Shown piece after piece: positions 26,761 to 38,618 of a stretch of 64,000 nucleotides of DNA. The position numbers and the translations under genes are program-made. The stretch comes from Mobula hypostoma (lineage: Eukaryota), in NCBI RefSeq assembly GCF_963921235.1, contig NC_086107.1, forward strand, positions 110,920,001 through 110,984,000, given 5' to 3'. The notes under the pieces were generated by a model. That model saw only the letters and a list, made by a program, of their open reading frames with translations, was not told where the DNA came from and did no database searches. Position 1 is the first letter of the stretch, and every line of letters starts with the position of its first letter.

Positions 26761-27236
26761 GCTGCTATACATTCTATGGTACACCTGTACACCTCCCTGT
26801 TAATGCAAATATCTAATCAGCCAATCATGTGGCAGCAACTCAATGCGTAAATGCATGCAGACATGGTCAAGACATTCAGTTGTTGTTCTGACCAAACATT
26901 AGAATGGGGGAAGAAATATGATCTAAATGACTTTGGCAGTGGAATGATTGTTGGTGCCAGATGGGGTGGTTTGAGTATTTCAGAAACTGCTGATCTGGGA
27001 TTTTCATGCACCATGGTCTCTAGAGTTTACAGAGAATGGTGTGAAAAACAAAAAATGCCTTCAGACATCTTGATGAACTTACCCTTGACAGGGATGCCTT
27101 ATTGAGAGTTAAACAAAAGTTCAACAAAAAAAAATTTGGTGAGGGGCAGTCCTGTGGGTGAAAATACATTGTTGATGAGAGGGCTCAGTGGAGAATGGCC
27201 AGACTGCTTCAAGCTGACAGGAAGGTGACAGTAGCT

Positions 27237-27522
27237 AAAGCAACACTCACAACACGCTGGAGGAACTCAGCAGGTCGGGCAGCATCCGTGGAAACGATCA
27301 GTCAACGTTTCGGGCCGGAACCCTTCATCAGGACTGAAGAGGGAAGGGGCAGAGGCCCTATGAAGAAAGTGAGGGGAGGGTGGGAAGGAGAAGGCTGGTC
27401 CTGACGAAGGGTTCCAGCCCAAAACGTTGACTGATCGTTTCCACGGATGCTGCCCGACCTGCTGAGTTCCTCCAGCGTGTTGAGTGTTGCTTTGACCCCA
27501 GCTTCTGCAGAGAATTTTGTGT
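27237..27522. mobile_element. Fold-back Penelope pLTR insertion with two opposed hammerhead motifs
   Basis: ~95-bp inverted arms; TSD tgacagtagctaaa (27226-27239) / tgacactagctaaa (27523-27536). Confidence 0.9.
27298..27337 (-). ncRNA. Minimal type I hammerhead ribozyme motif (Penelope type), core intact
   Basis: tcagtc-CTGATGA-a-ggg-ttccgg-ccc-GAAA-cg-TT-gactga: 6-bp stem I, 3-bp stem II, palindromic AACGTT in place of stem III. Confidence 0.8.
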
Positions 27523-27960
27523 TGACACTAGCTAAATAAGCACGCAATCCAACAGCAGAGTCCAGAAGAGCATCTGTGAACACAAGACACATCAAAGCAT
27601 GAAGTTGATGGGTTACAGCAGCAGAAGACCATGAACGTACACTCAGTGGCCACTTTATTAGAGACGGAGGTACCTGATAAAATGGCCACTGAGTGTAAAT
27701 AATGGAAAAGGCAAGAGATTAGTGCAGTGAGCTCCTAGCTGCATTGTGAGGGCTGGTCGGTAGGTAAAGGATGGATGCCAAATCCAAAAGATAATAATGG
27801 AAATGAGAGAGTCTGAACAGTGACCTCATGAGATATGCGTCAGAGGTGATTAGTGCATTGATTTTTGATGCCCAATTTTCAGCCATGTTTCAGTATTGCA
27901 CTGAGGTATCTTTTACCTCAATTATCATAACATTTTTAACACTCCAATACTCAGACTTAC

Positions 27961-28021
27961 ATATTCCAGAAGGAAAAGTAGTTGTGGATGTTGGAGATTA
28001 ATTGGCTTAGCCTGGGCATCA
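27961..28021 (-). CDS. Putative coding exon (61 nt, phase 2->0): (R)DAQAKPINLQHPQLLFLLEY
   Basis: aacccttgcag| acceptor, donor TAT|gtaagt. Phase-compatible on both sides. Confidence 0.55.
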
Positions 28022-28721
28022 CTGCAAGGGTTCCCACATCAATTACTTTCTATCCGCATAAAATTAGAGGCAAGGGTATTTCCCGGTGACTGATCAAGTT
28101 CATTACCATCTGTGACTCCTCTGCGAGTGAAGCAGCTCGTGCTTTCAGCAAGATTCAAGTCTATTTATTTTGTGCGCGTTGAACCGTGCGGTGAATCGTG
28201 TCACTTGCGTCAACAGCCAGCATTACCGAGGATGTTCTGCAAGTGTCGCCTTACGTTCCGGCGCCACCGTGGCACGCCCATGATGCTCGGCAGAGCCACG
28301 CTCAACACAACAAGCAGCAGCCAGGGTAACAGGCCCCGTTCTTCCCTCCCACCCACACACATTCAAGGTCCTTTAACTCCAGGATGGGTCCCCAACCTCC
28401 AATGGACTTGGACTCGGGCCCGCAGACATTTCTGCTTTGACCTCTCCAGCGGACTCACAGAAGCTCACAGACTTGGTTCCGGACTTCCAGTTCGACTCCC
28501 CCCCCCCCGCCCCCCCCCAATCCTCGGCATAGATTATGGGACATGTCAATCACCGAAGACTAGGCCTCAAACTCCGGACATGCTGATGGCAGGACCCTGA
28601 ACACCAGGCCTCAAATTCCAGTCTCGCCAATCCACGAACCCATGGACTCATGAAGTCACAGGACTCATTTCTCCTGCCCGCAGAGAACTCCGACTTTGGT
28701 ATCTGATGACAACTCACTCAC

Positions 28722-28785
28722 CGGTGAGGGGTCCAGACAAGATCCAGGTCCAGTCTTTCCCAGATGAGTGCAGCTCCATTGCTTC
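28722..28785 (-). CDS. Putative coding exon (64 nt): (R)SNGAALIWERLDLDLVWTPH in the main frame; EAMELHSSGKDWTWILSGPLT in the alternative frame
   Basis: ctaat branch-like motif followed by aagtttctag|, donor CCG|gtgagt. Confidence 0.7.
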
Positions 28786-28934
28786 CTAGAAACTTGACAT
28801 AATCATGGGCAAAGCAGAACATTAGATTGGCACAGCATTCACCACCAGATTCGTTCCCCACGACCTGTACCACACTGTGTATCACTGAGCATCTCATTAC
28901 TGTTGGAGCCATGTATTCTGTGTTGTGTGTTTAC

Positions 28935-28951
28935 TATCTTTATTATGGTAA
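28935..28951 (-). CDS. Candidate 17-nt frame-switching microexon (TTACCATAATAAAGATA; (I)TIIKI)
   Basis: Long pyrimidine tract ttattcccttcacttctactacacccccattcacttgactag|, donor ATA|gtaaac. Not part of the main frame. Confidence 0.4.
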
Positions 28952-29107
28952 CTAGTCAAGTGAATGGGGGTGTAGTAGAAGTGAAGGGAATAAGTTCCGT
29001 ATTCATGCTTATTTTGTGGCAGTTCATAGCTTGGGACCGCAGAGGTCATATCTTTGCTGACTGCTGAGATAATGCTCAATAATGCCTAATTATATACACT
29101 ATTTGTG

Positions 29108-29391
29108 TGTGGCTCGTGTGGTTAGGGCATTGGGCTCATGATCTGAAGGTCGTGGGTTCAAGTCCCGGCCAAGGCAGTGTGTTGTGTCCTTGAGCAAGGC
29201 ACTTAACCACACAGTGCTCCAGTCCACCCAGCTGGGAATGGGAACCGGCAAAATGCTGGGGGTTAACCTCGCGGTAGACTGGCGTCCTATCTGGACGGGG
29301 GAGTCTCGTACTCTCAGTCACTTCACGCCATAGAAGCCGGCATTAGCACCGGCCTGATGGGCCACAAAGGCTCAGGACAGACTTTAACTTT
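29108..29391 (+). mobile_element. Full-length tRNA-derived SINE
   Basis: A box tggctcgtgtgg, B box ggttcaagtcc; same body as 1-245. Confidence 0.85.
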
Positions 29392-29997
29392 GATATACAG
29401 TATTTGCTAATTGCTGATAAAGGATCAAAATAAGGAATCCAACTATTAGGAGCAATCATTGGAGCTGTGGGCATGTCTCTACTCATTTAACTATTTAATA
29501 TGCATATATACTCATTATAATTCACATTTATTCTCTATTATATGTATTGCACTTTACCGCTGCTGCAAAGACAACAAATTTCCCGACGTATGTCCTGGTT
29601 CTGAAGAGGTGCATAAAATCATGAGGGATGGAGAGAGAGTGAATGCACACTGTCTATTTTTCCAAATAGAGGGAATAGGTTTAAGGGAGAGTTGAGGGGA
29701 CCCGAGGGGCAGCTTCTTCAGACAGAGGGTCGTGGAAATACGGAATGAACTGCTAGGGAAAGCGGTTGAGGGGAGTCAAGAATAACATTGAAAAGACATG
29801 GATAGGAGGGGTTTAGATGGATATGGGTCAAATGCAGGCAGGTTAGACTGGGCTGGTGGGCACATGGTCGGCCAGGACGAGTTGGACTGAAGCCTTAGTC
29901 CTTATGAAGGGTCTCGGCCTGTTTATTTCTGTTTATTTCTCTCCATAGGTGCCGCCTGACCTGCTGAGATCCTCTAGCATTTTGTGTGTGTCACCGT

Positions 29998-30811
29998 TGT
30001 TACATACTTCATGGATATCTTGTGACTGTCTTATGAGGATGATGTAATGGTCTTGCGGAGGTCACATGATGTAATTTTCCCGCCAGTGAGGTCACATGAT
30101 GACCTGTTCTCAACAGGTATATAAAAGGGAGACCCCTGGTGACGCAGTTAGTTTTCAGTTTAGTTTTGCGTTAGATACTCCGTTTTGCTGCGTATTTGGC
30201 TTATGGCGCAGTTTCGTTTTAAAGTGGAGTTCTACTTTCTATTGTAAGTAGTATTGGAGAGTGAAGACCTTACCAAAGTGCAGGAATTCACCGAGCTGAG
30301 TAAAGCTGATATCGTTTGGTGGTTTTGGAGAGGATCGACCTTTACTGAATCTTCGTTCGAGAAAAAGTGACCTGCAACTGAGATATCCCCTGCTAAAGTA
30401 GGAAGGATAGTGCAGTGTCTATTCGCCAGAGGAAAAAGTCAGTTCCTTTAAACCATTTTATTTCCGTCGTTGTGAATCCTGCGGACAAGGCAGGCTCCGG
30501 CTGGGGTTGGCAGTAACGCCACGTCTTTGAGGAATTCTTTACTTCAGGAAAATCTCTCCTAATTGACTGTATAAATCTCTTGGACTTTCGAATTTACCAT
30601 TCTAAGAACTGTGTTCGAATTTACCACTTTAAGAACTGTTTTCTCATTTACTCTTTTAAGAACTGTTCCAGAGTTGCCGTATAGCAGTTAACTTCCGGTT
30701 AAATTAGTTGTTTGAATATTTTTCGCTCTTGTTGATCAGAGTTTAATAAATGTTTGTTTGTTTTTATAAAACCTGACTCAATTGATATTCATTGTTGCTG
30801 GTCACGGGACA
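29998..30811 (+). mobile_element. Solo LTR (~814 bp)
   Basis: TGTTAC...GGGACA termini, TATATAAAA at ~30118, AATAAA at ~30745, ccgt/ctgt flanks. Confidence 0.8.
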
Positions 30812-32489
30812 CTGTATACCACCTTGAGATTAGTTTTCTTGCGGGCATTTACGGGAAAATAAAAAAATTCAGTAGAATTTATAAAAACTATACATAAGCA
30901 AGCAACCAGTGTGTAGAAAAATGAAATTATGCATGTAAAAATAAATAAATAATACTGGGAACATGAGTTGTGGACTCCTTGAAAGCGAATCTGTAGGTTA
31001 TGGAATCAGTTCAGAGTTGCGGTGAAGGAAATTATCCACGCTGGTTTAGGAGCCTGACAGTTGTAAAGTAATAACTGATCCTGCACTGTATATTGTGAAA
31101 TTACATGGTGTTTGCTACAGTCTACCTTGTATGTGGCACTATGCTACCACAATTTACCCTAAGCATTATCCTCATTGCAGCAACATGTTATCATGGTGTA
31201 GGCTAGAACTTCTGCATTTACTTTCCAGATTAATGTTTGGTCACATTGTGTCCCTGTCGAACATTGAAAGGCCTGGATACGGCAGACATGGAGAGGATGT
31301 TTCCAGTAGTGGGAGCGTCTAGGACCAGAGAGCACAGCTTCAGAATAGAAGGATATTCCTTTAGAACAGCGATGAGGAGGAATTTCTTTAGTCAGAGGGA
31401 GTGAATGTGTGGAGTTTATTTAGAGATACAGCATGGAACAGGATCTTCCTGTCTAATGAGCCGTGCTGCCCAGCAACCCACCAATTTAGCCTAAACACAA
31501 TTTATAATGACCAATTGATCTTCTAACCGGTACATCTTTGGACTGTGGGAGGGAACCGGAGCATTCAGAGGAAACCCACGCACACCCGGGAGGAACGTAC
31601 AGACTTTCTTACAGAGGACGCCGGAATTGAACTCTGAACCCCGACGCCCTGAGCTGTAATAGTGTCACAATGTTTCCCATTGCTGCAGATACTGTGGAGA
31701 CAAGGTGCTTGGATATACTTAAAGCAGAGGTTGATAGGTTCTTGATAGGGCGTCAGAGAATTTGGGAAGAAGGCAGGAGAATGGGGTTGTGAGGGAAAAT
31801 AAATTGGCCATAGTTGAATGGGAGAGCAGGCTCGATGGTCCAGATGGCCTAGTTCTGCTCCTATGTCTTATGAACTAAACTTTAATATAATTGTGGAAAT
31901 CTGTTGCTGTGAAGCTCTTTATATTTCCTGCATGTTCCTTTGTTATGTTTGTCACCAAGTTGCCTGCGTAGCCTCAGCATGTTCCCACTTTGCAATGACG
32001 TGTTGTGATGCAACGCAAGGTATTGTCTTGAATCAGAATCAGATTTATTATCACTGACTTAGGTGATGAGAGATTTGTTTTGCAGCAGCAGGACAGAGCA
32101 AAACCAGAAAACTTGCTACAAACTACAAGATAAATAAATCATGCAGAGGAAAAGGAATTACGAGGTAGTGTTCCTGGGCCATTCAGAAATCTGATTATGA
32201 AGAGAAAGAAGCTGATCCTGAGATGTTGGCAGTGTGCCTTCAGGCTCCTGTACCTCCTCCTTGTTGGTAGCAATGAGAAGAGGGCATTTTCTGGATGGAG
32301 AGGGTGCTTGGTGATCAATACTGCCATTTGAAGACGTGCTTGATGTTGTCAGCCTTGGCTTTGCCTTCAGGATTAGAATCAGGTTTGTTACTCTGGTCAA
32401 CAAATCTTTTCAAAGGTGTTGCTTCGTCAGAAATTCTTTTTTGTTTATGATAGACCGCTTCAAGCGGAACACAAGTATAATTTCAGATA

Positions 32490-33096
32490 CTTGTGGTAGT
32501 TGGTTGGCTTCTGTATGTCTTGAAGGACAGTGGATGATGGTAATCATCATCACAAGCCTGGGCGGAAGGTATGGAGATCCTGAGATGCCGAGTTGTCAAG
32601 ATCCCCCTCTCGGCCTCACCGGTGTAGTCCAAAGGAAAGCTTATGAAGCAATACGTTTGGCACCAGCTTGGCTGCAGGAGCTGCTGGAAGGATGTTCAGT
32701 GATGTCCAGTTGCCTTAGGGGCTCCACTCCGGATTTGCTGTCCGGGTTTACTCCCATAGCCTTCGTCTCTCCTTAGGCTGCCCACAAGGCAGTGGGGCTA
32801 TTTACCCATAGCTGGGATCTGGTTCACGAGCCAGGGTGTGTCGACACACTGGTGGGCCTGCGTGTTATGTGTGCAGGGGCCAGAATTCCTCCCTGTCCTC
32901 TGTAGTTCAGCCCGAGTCCGAAAGGAGTTCAGTTTCCATGTGTCACCAGTGAGGAGGCACAACATGAGGCTTGCTGTTGGAGAGGCTATGTACTGGCAGG
33001 GAGAGGCCTACACATTCAGCTCTCCTTTTCGCAAGACTGCTGGCCAATGGTGGAAGCTGAAAGTGAGATCGACAAGCACTACCCACTACAGTATCT
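32490..33096 (-). mobile_element. RTE-related non-autonomous element; a relative lies at 48920-49500(-)
   Basis: Shared blocks gtttgg(c/t)accag..gcaggag(c/t)tgc and ccttaggg(g/a)ctcca between the two copies. Confidence 0.55.
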
Positions 33097-33838
33097 CACT
33101 AGACACACCACAACAATCATTTCCGGCTACTTGTATCACGTAGGAATTTGGAGAAACAAGAAATTAACTTTTATCCAATATATTGCATTTAATTGCATAA
33201 CGGTGATGATGCTTTGCAAAAGTTCAACTAAGTTAAAAGTTTTTTGTTGATGATTTTCATTTGTACTCAGTGTCTGAGGCTTCTCACTTGTGTCCAACAA
33301 TAATCAGCCAGCACTGATGGATTCCAGTTGCCCTGATACTATTTCTCCATGACCGCAATGTCCCGGTGAAACCTTTCACCGTGATCGTCACTGACAGTGC
33401 CAGGATTTACAGGGAAGAAGTCTAAATGGGAATGCAGAAAGTGAATCTTTACTGACATGTTGCACTTCATGGTTTTGTATGCTTGAAGCATGTTGTCAAC
33501 TAGCTGCATGTAGTTCGGTACTCTGCAGTCGCCAAGAAAATTTTCAACAGCATCCTTAAATGCTTTTCATGCGATGTTCTCTGGTCTCATTAGAAGTTCT
33601 TCGAATTATCTGTCATTGATGACCTGTTTGACTTATGGACCCACAAAAATGCCTTCTTTAATCTTGGCTTCAGTTATTCTGACTTGAATTATGAATTGAA
33701 ATAACAAATATAGTATAAGCGAATTTTACAAAATGGTGTGTGATTGGGAAATTTCAGGGTGATTTTCATGATCAGCAGCCCAAAATCCATAAGATACACC
33801 TGAAAGTCTTCAGGAAGCAAAATCTTTGCTGTCCAGTG
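33097..33838 (-). mobile_element. Internally deleted Chapaev3-like (CMC) DNA transposon
   Basis: Minus-strand translation KEGIFVGP...KCNMSVKIHFLHSHLDFFP..VSDDHGERFHRDIAVMEK*YQGNWNPSVLADYCW; termini cactagaca / tgtccagtg. Confidence 0.8.
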
Positions 33839-34149
33839 TTATCACTGACATATGCCATGAAAATTGTGGAGGCAGTACAATGCAAGATATAAAAAAATTG
33901 CAATATTAAATAAATCATGCAAAAGTGAAATGTTGGGGTAGTGTTCATGGTCTGCTCAGAAATCTGATGGTGGAGTGGACAAAACTATTCTAGAACAACT
34001 GCGTGTGAGTCTTCAGGCTCCTGTACCTGCTCCTTGATGACGGTCATGAGAAGGGAGCATGCCCTGGATGGTGAGATTCATTACTGATGGATTCACCTTA
34101 CAGCCTTGTGAGCTTTAGTTATTAAAAGGCCGTGTTGTCCAATACATTC

Positions 34150-34756
34150 TAGAAACATAGAAAATAGGTGCAGGAGTAGGCCATTCGGCCCTTCGAGCCT
34201 GCACCGCCATTTATTATGATCATGGCTGATCATCCAACTCAGAACCCAGCCTTCCCTCCATACCCCCTGACCCCTGTAGCCACAAGGGCCATATCTAACT
34301 TCCTTTTAAACATAGCTAATGAACTGGCCTCAACAGTTTGCTGTGGCAGAGAATTCCACAGATTCACCACTCTCTGTGTGAAGAAGTTTTTCCTAATCTC
34401 GGTCCTAAAAGGCTTCCCCTCTATCCTCAAACTGTGACCCCTCGTTCTGGACCTCCCCAACATCGGGAACAATCTTCCCGCATCTAGCCTGTCCAATCCC
34501 TTTAGGATCTTATACGTTTCAATCAGATCCCCCCTCAATCTTCTAAATTCCAACGAGTACAAGCCCAGTTCATCCAGTCTTTCTTCATATGAAAGACCTG
34601 CCATCCCAGGAATCAATCTGGTGAACCTTCTTTGTACTCCCTCTATGGCAAAGATGTCTTTCCTCAGATTAGGGGACCAAAACTGCACACAATACTCCAG
34701 GTGTGGTCTCACCAAGGCCTTGTACAACTGCAGTAGTACCTCCCTGCTCCTGTACT
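34150..34756 (-). mobile_element. Young CR1 LINE 3' end (ORF uninterrupted)
   Basis: ORF 34239..34727 LYKALVRPHLEYCVQFWSP...FFTQRVVNLWNSLP. Confidence 0.95.
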
Positions 34757-34991
34757 ATTCTATAATATAAGTAATTGTCTTTGCTGTCATGATCCTCTGC
34801 AGCTCTTTATAGAATCAATAGTTTCATCTAAAGATGCACCTCATGGCTTGGTGCCTTTACTTATGTGTTGCCATGATGGGCTGTATAATCTCAATGTACT
34901 TAGTCACTGTGATGATACGATGCATCCTTGCAAGCTGTACGAAATTATTTCCAAAATGTGCCCAATAGGCTCAGTAGGGTTTCTTTGTTAA

Positions 34992-35778
34992 TACACTGGA
35001 TCCAGTTAATTGGACCATCAGTTAATTAGGGCGGCCGCTTATTTAGGACAACTCTGAAAGAACAAAAATTAATCAAGAAAATACTGGGATTATTTATTTG
35101 GCACACTATGCCTCTTAATTGAGACTGTTGCCGATCAGGATCTAACTAGCATCAGTCGTTTGTGGCTGATAGATACTTAGAGCCAACTGTTTTTAAGTTG
35201 TGTGTGCTTGTGTTCAAAAAGTAGCGATTTTTGTCACTGATGGTTGGCAAGAAATAAGACAATTCAGTTTTATTTTGCTCACTAATGTTTTAAGTATTCA
35301 GGCTTGCAGATGCCAGAAATGGCCGGGAGTGAAAACAAAGCATCAAGTTATGTCATCAAGTTAGAAACTATGAAAAATTTGAAGATATTGACAATCACCT
35401 TGAATGTTACAATGAAAATGAAGATTTGGAAGATACAATACTTGAAGGCATAGTATGAAGGTATTCCATTACCTGCACTAGGTGTTTGCGCTGATTTTGT
35501 TCATTTACACTCAATCAAAGGAACACACAGTGTACACTGGATGAATTGCTCCATTGATAACTATTAGGAGCTAATACACAACTTTATAGTACTGTAAAGG
35601 TATTAGTAGTGTTCTAATTTGTTCTGTATTTAATTTATATACATCATTTGTTTCAAAGTTTGCCTTTTTTAATACCTTTTCAACTATTTCCGTGAAACTT
35701 TGGTTAATTGGGGAAGCCACTTAATTGGGCCATAAGGTACTGGTCCTGTCGTGCCCCAGTTGACTAGAATCCGCTGTA
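34992..35778 (+). mobile_element. Tigger/pogo-like MITE; a partial relative lies at ~55200-55668(-)
   Basis: TA-flanked imperfect TIRs (cactggatccagttaattgg ... ccagttgactagaatccgctg). Confidence 0.6.
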
Positions 35779-36374
35779 TATCAGAATCCGGTTTATTGTC
35801 ACTGATACGGGTTGTGAAGTTTGTTGTTTTGTAGCAGCAGTACAAAGTACAATAATAGCACGAAAGCTGGATGGTGAGGTAGTGTTCACGAGTTCATGGA
35901 CCGTACAGAATTCCATCGGCGGAGGGGAAGGAGCTGTTCCTAAAACATTGAGTATGTGTCTTCAGGCTCCTGTACCTCATCTCCATCGGTAGTAAAGAGA
36001 AGAGGGCACAGTGAAGGTCTTTAGTGGTGGTGAAGGTCCACTTTCTTGAAAATGTCCTCAATAGTGAGGAAGACTGAAGACACACACTCAATGATTCAGT
36101 GATAGCTTCGCCCCTCTGCCGTCAGATTTGAACCCATGAACGCTACCTCATTTTTTTTGCACTACTTATTGAATTTAACTTAACGTTATATATAGATTAT
36201 ATACGTATACATTTACTGTAATTCAGCTTTTATGATTATGTATTGCATTGTGCTGCCGCAAAGACAAGTTAACAAATTTCCTGACATTTCCAGTGATATT
36301 AAACCTGACTCTGATTCATATGATACCTCATATCACGATATACAGTATATGGTAGCAGCTCCATATACTAATGT

Positions 36375-36860
36375 ATGTAGATGCACTAACAGTAGGTGTA
36401 CTGGAGGAGGCCAACATGGACAGCAACTCTACCAGGGTAAAGCAACACCAACTCTGAATGGATGGGTCACGTCATCCAGAAGCTGAACTGGCGTCTCCAT
36501 GAACAGATCCAGTACTCCCAGTTGAACGAAGATCAGTGAGCCCCTGTTGGGCAAATTAAACACTTCAAAGATAGCACCAAAATCAGCCCGAAGAAATTCA
36601 AGATGACTTCTAAAAACTGGGAAGACTTTGCACTCAATAGATACACCTGGAGGAAATCTGTTCTAGTGGGCATTGCGATACATGAGAGCGCCCTCTGCTG
36701 GGCAGCCGACAATGAACAACCAAACGACCCAACCACTAACCACAGCCACCACTTACCACTTACGCCTGCCGGGGGTCCGCCTCTACAGCCACCTGAGGAC
36801 CAACTGTTACACAACTCCTTAGGAGGGCAACCTACTCAACTTGAGTGATCGCACTACAAT
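36375..36860 (+). mobile_element. Old RTE-clade LINE 3' remnant
   Basis: VLEEANM..., WMGHVI, HFKDSTK..NWEDFALNRYTWRKSV motifs. Confidence 0.75.
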
Positions 36861-37264
36861 GTGGAGTCATATACATCATGATATCATACACTCGCACTCA
36901 GCAAATCAGGCAGCATTTGCAGAGAAGGAAACAGGTTCAATAATTTAGGGCAATAATCTTTAATCAAATTTCCACTGCCTTTATCCGTTTGCTTTTTGCA
37001 GTGTTAGCTCTACAAAATCAGTATGTTTCTTGATTGCAGTAATATGTCACCGCGCTGCTCATTAAAGCTGCTATATATTCTCTTCTTTATTTAGTCGCAT
37101 TGCCAAGGATGGAGCGTACAGCTTTGGTTTTCTTTTTTTAACTTCATTAGCGTGTTGCCCTAATGACTCCACAACCTCACTGTGATGCAGGAGCGTGGTA
37201 ATGTGTGTGGGTCAGGCTGCATTTAACAGCGTCGCTGCGCACGGCCACTGACGGCTGGACTTAC

Positions 37265-37334
37265 TGCCGAGTCGGGGGTTAACAAGTAAACTATCCTTTC
37301 GAATCCCCGACTGGTGACAGTAACTGCTGGTTGC
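37265..37334 (-). CDS. Putative coding exon (70 nt, phase 0->1): ATSSYCHQSGIRKDSLLVNPRLG
   Basis: Strong acceptor ttccgcctttcatttcatctctgtgtttcccag|, donor GCA|gtaagt. Confidence 0.75.
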
Positions 37335-38618
37335 CTGGGAAACACAGAGATGAAATGAAAGGCGGAACATGATTAAAGGGCTCCTGTTCCTCTAAAATGC
37401 AAACGGGCTCTGACTGGAATAAGCATCATCCATGAACAATGATGAACCATAATCCATGGTTGAGAAGCTTTGAAGTGAACAACCAGTTTAGACCTCATTT
37501 GGAATGTATCTCAGACAGGGGTCAAATATCTATGTGCAAAAGCCCACAATTAGTAGCAAGTGACCAAAAGAGGGACAGGAGATACCAGAAATATGCATGC
37601 CTTTGTTATTGTCAAGTAAATAATAAATATATTTATTGATACTTTATTGCATAATTAATATATCGTAGTATATTGATCCCTGTCCGATTTACTGCCAGAA
37701 TTACCGAGAAAAGGGTGCATAACAGATGTTTTGATTAAAAAAGATTAAAAGATTAGCCATATATGTCGCATGTACATCGAACCATATGGTGAAATGCGCC
37801 ACTTATGTCAACGGCCGACGCAGTCTGGGGGTCCTGCTGGGGGCATCCTGCAAGTGTCACCACGCTTCTGGCGCCAACGGAGCACGCCCACAACTTGCCA
37901 ACCCTAAACTGTACATCTTTAGAGTGTGAGGGGGAACGAAGTCCCCGGAGGAAACCCATGCGGTCACGGGGAGAACGTACAAACGGATAGCAGTAGGAAT
38001 CGAACCCTGATTGGTGATCTCTGGCTTTGTAAAGTGATTGCACTAACCTACACTACCATTTTGTTCTATAACCTATTCCTCGGCCTCGTGATTTTCCTCC
38101 ACAGAGTTTGCTTCACCCTCGTGCCCCATACTGTAGTAGAAGGTTCTTTCAGTATTCAGCCATGGCTTGACCTCTGGTCTCAACTCTTCATGCATTTTAT
38201 TTAGGCCAATAAACAAAGCAGGTTGCTAGAATGGAGATTAAATTCAGCATTGTACTAAGGCTTACTTGGCTCATTCTCCTCGTCATCACCTCCACTCACA
38301 CCGCAGCAGTGCAGGTTCATGGGACGACGTGTACAATCCTATTTACTTCCCTCTGCTGTGTGTACAGTACTGCGATCTACAGTCTCAATGTCATGATTTA
38401 TAGTGGAGAGTTACAACTTCCTACTGTAGAACCTCCATTTGTATTATGTTGCCAAGTTGCACCACGTAGCCTCAGATTTGCAATCTACTGTCGAGGTGTA
38501 GCCTACTGCCTTGCTGGTAGTATGGTATTTTTTTCCAGAATATCTATTAATTGCACTGCAATTATGCTTGCTAATATCTCAGTATGTTCCTTTATTGTGC
38601 TGCCTGTTTAGTACTTAC

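Larger units (their letters stand above)
26775..27697 (+). mobile_element. Non-autonomous Tc1-like element containing a Penelope fold-back insertion
   Basis: Same family as 1515-2066. Confidence 0.85.

Noticed and set aside
28722..28785. Similarity of EAMELHSSGKDWTWIL to glutamate/ANF-receptor ligand-binding domains, and of LDYT..HQS to CD34
   Set aside because: Short impressions from memory. Neighbouring exons do not continue either family and no transmembrane exon was found, so no gene symbol is assigned.
33288..33421. Minus-strand exon-like segment with good splice sites
   Set aside because: Translates to a Chapaev3-like transposase with an in-frame stop; not a host exon.
37330..37343. 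RFX X-box-like motifs (gttgcctgggaaac; also gttgccatagtgac at ~45794)
   Set aside because: Both coincide with minus-strand splice acceptors, which explains them; no promoter context.
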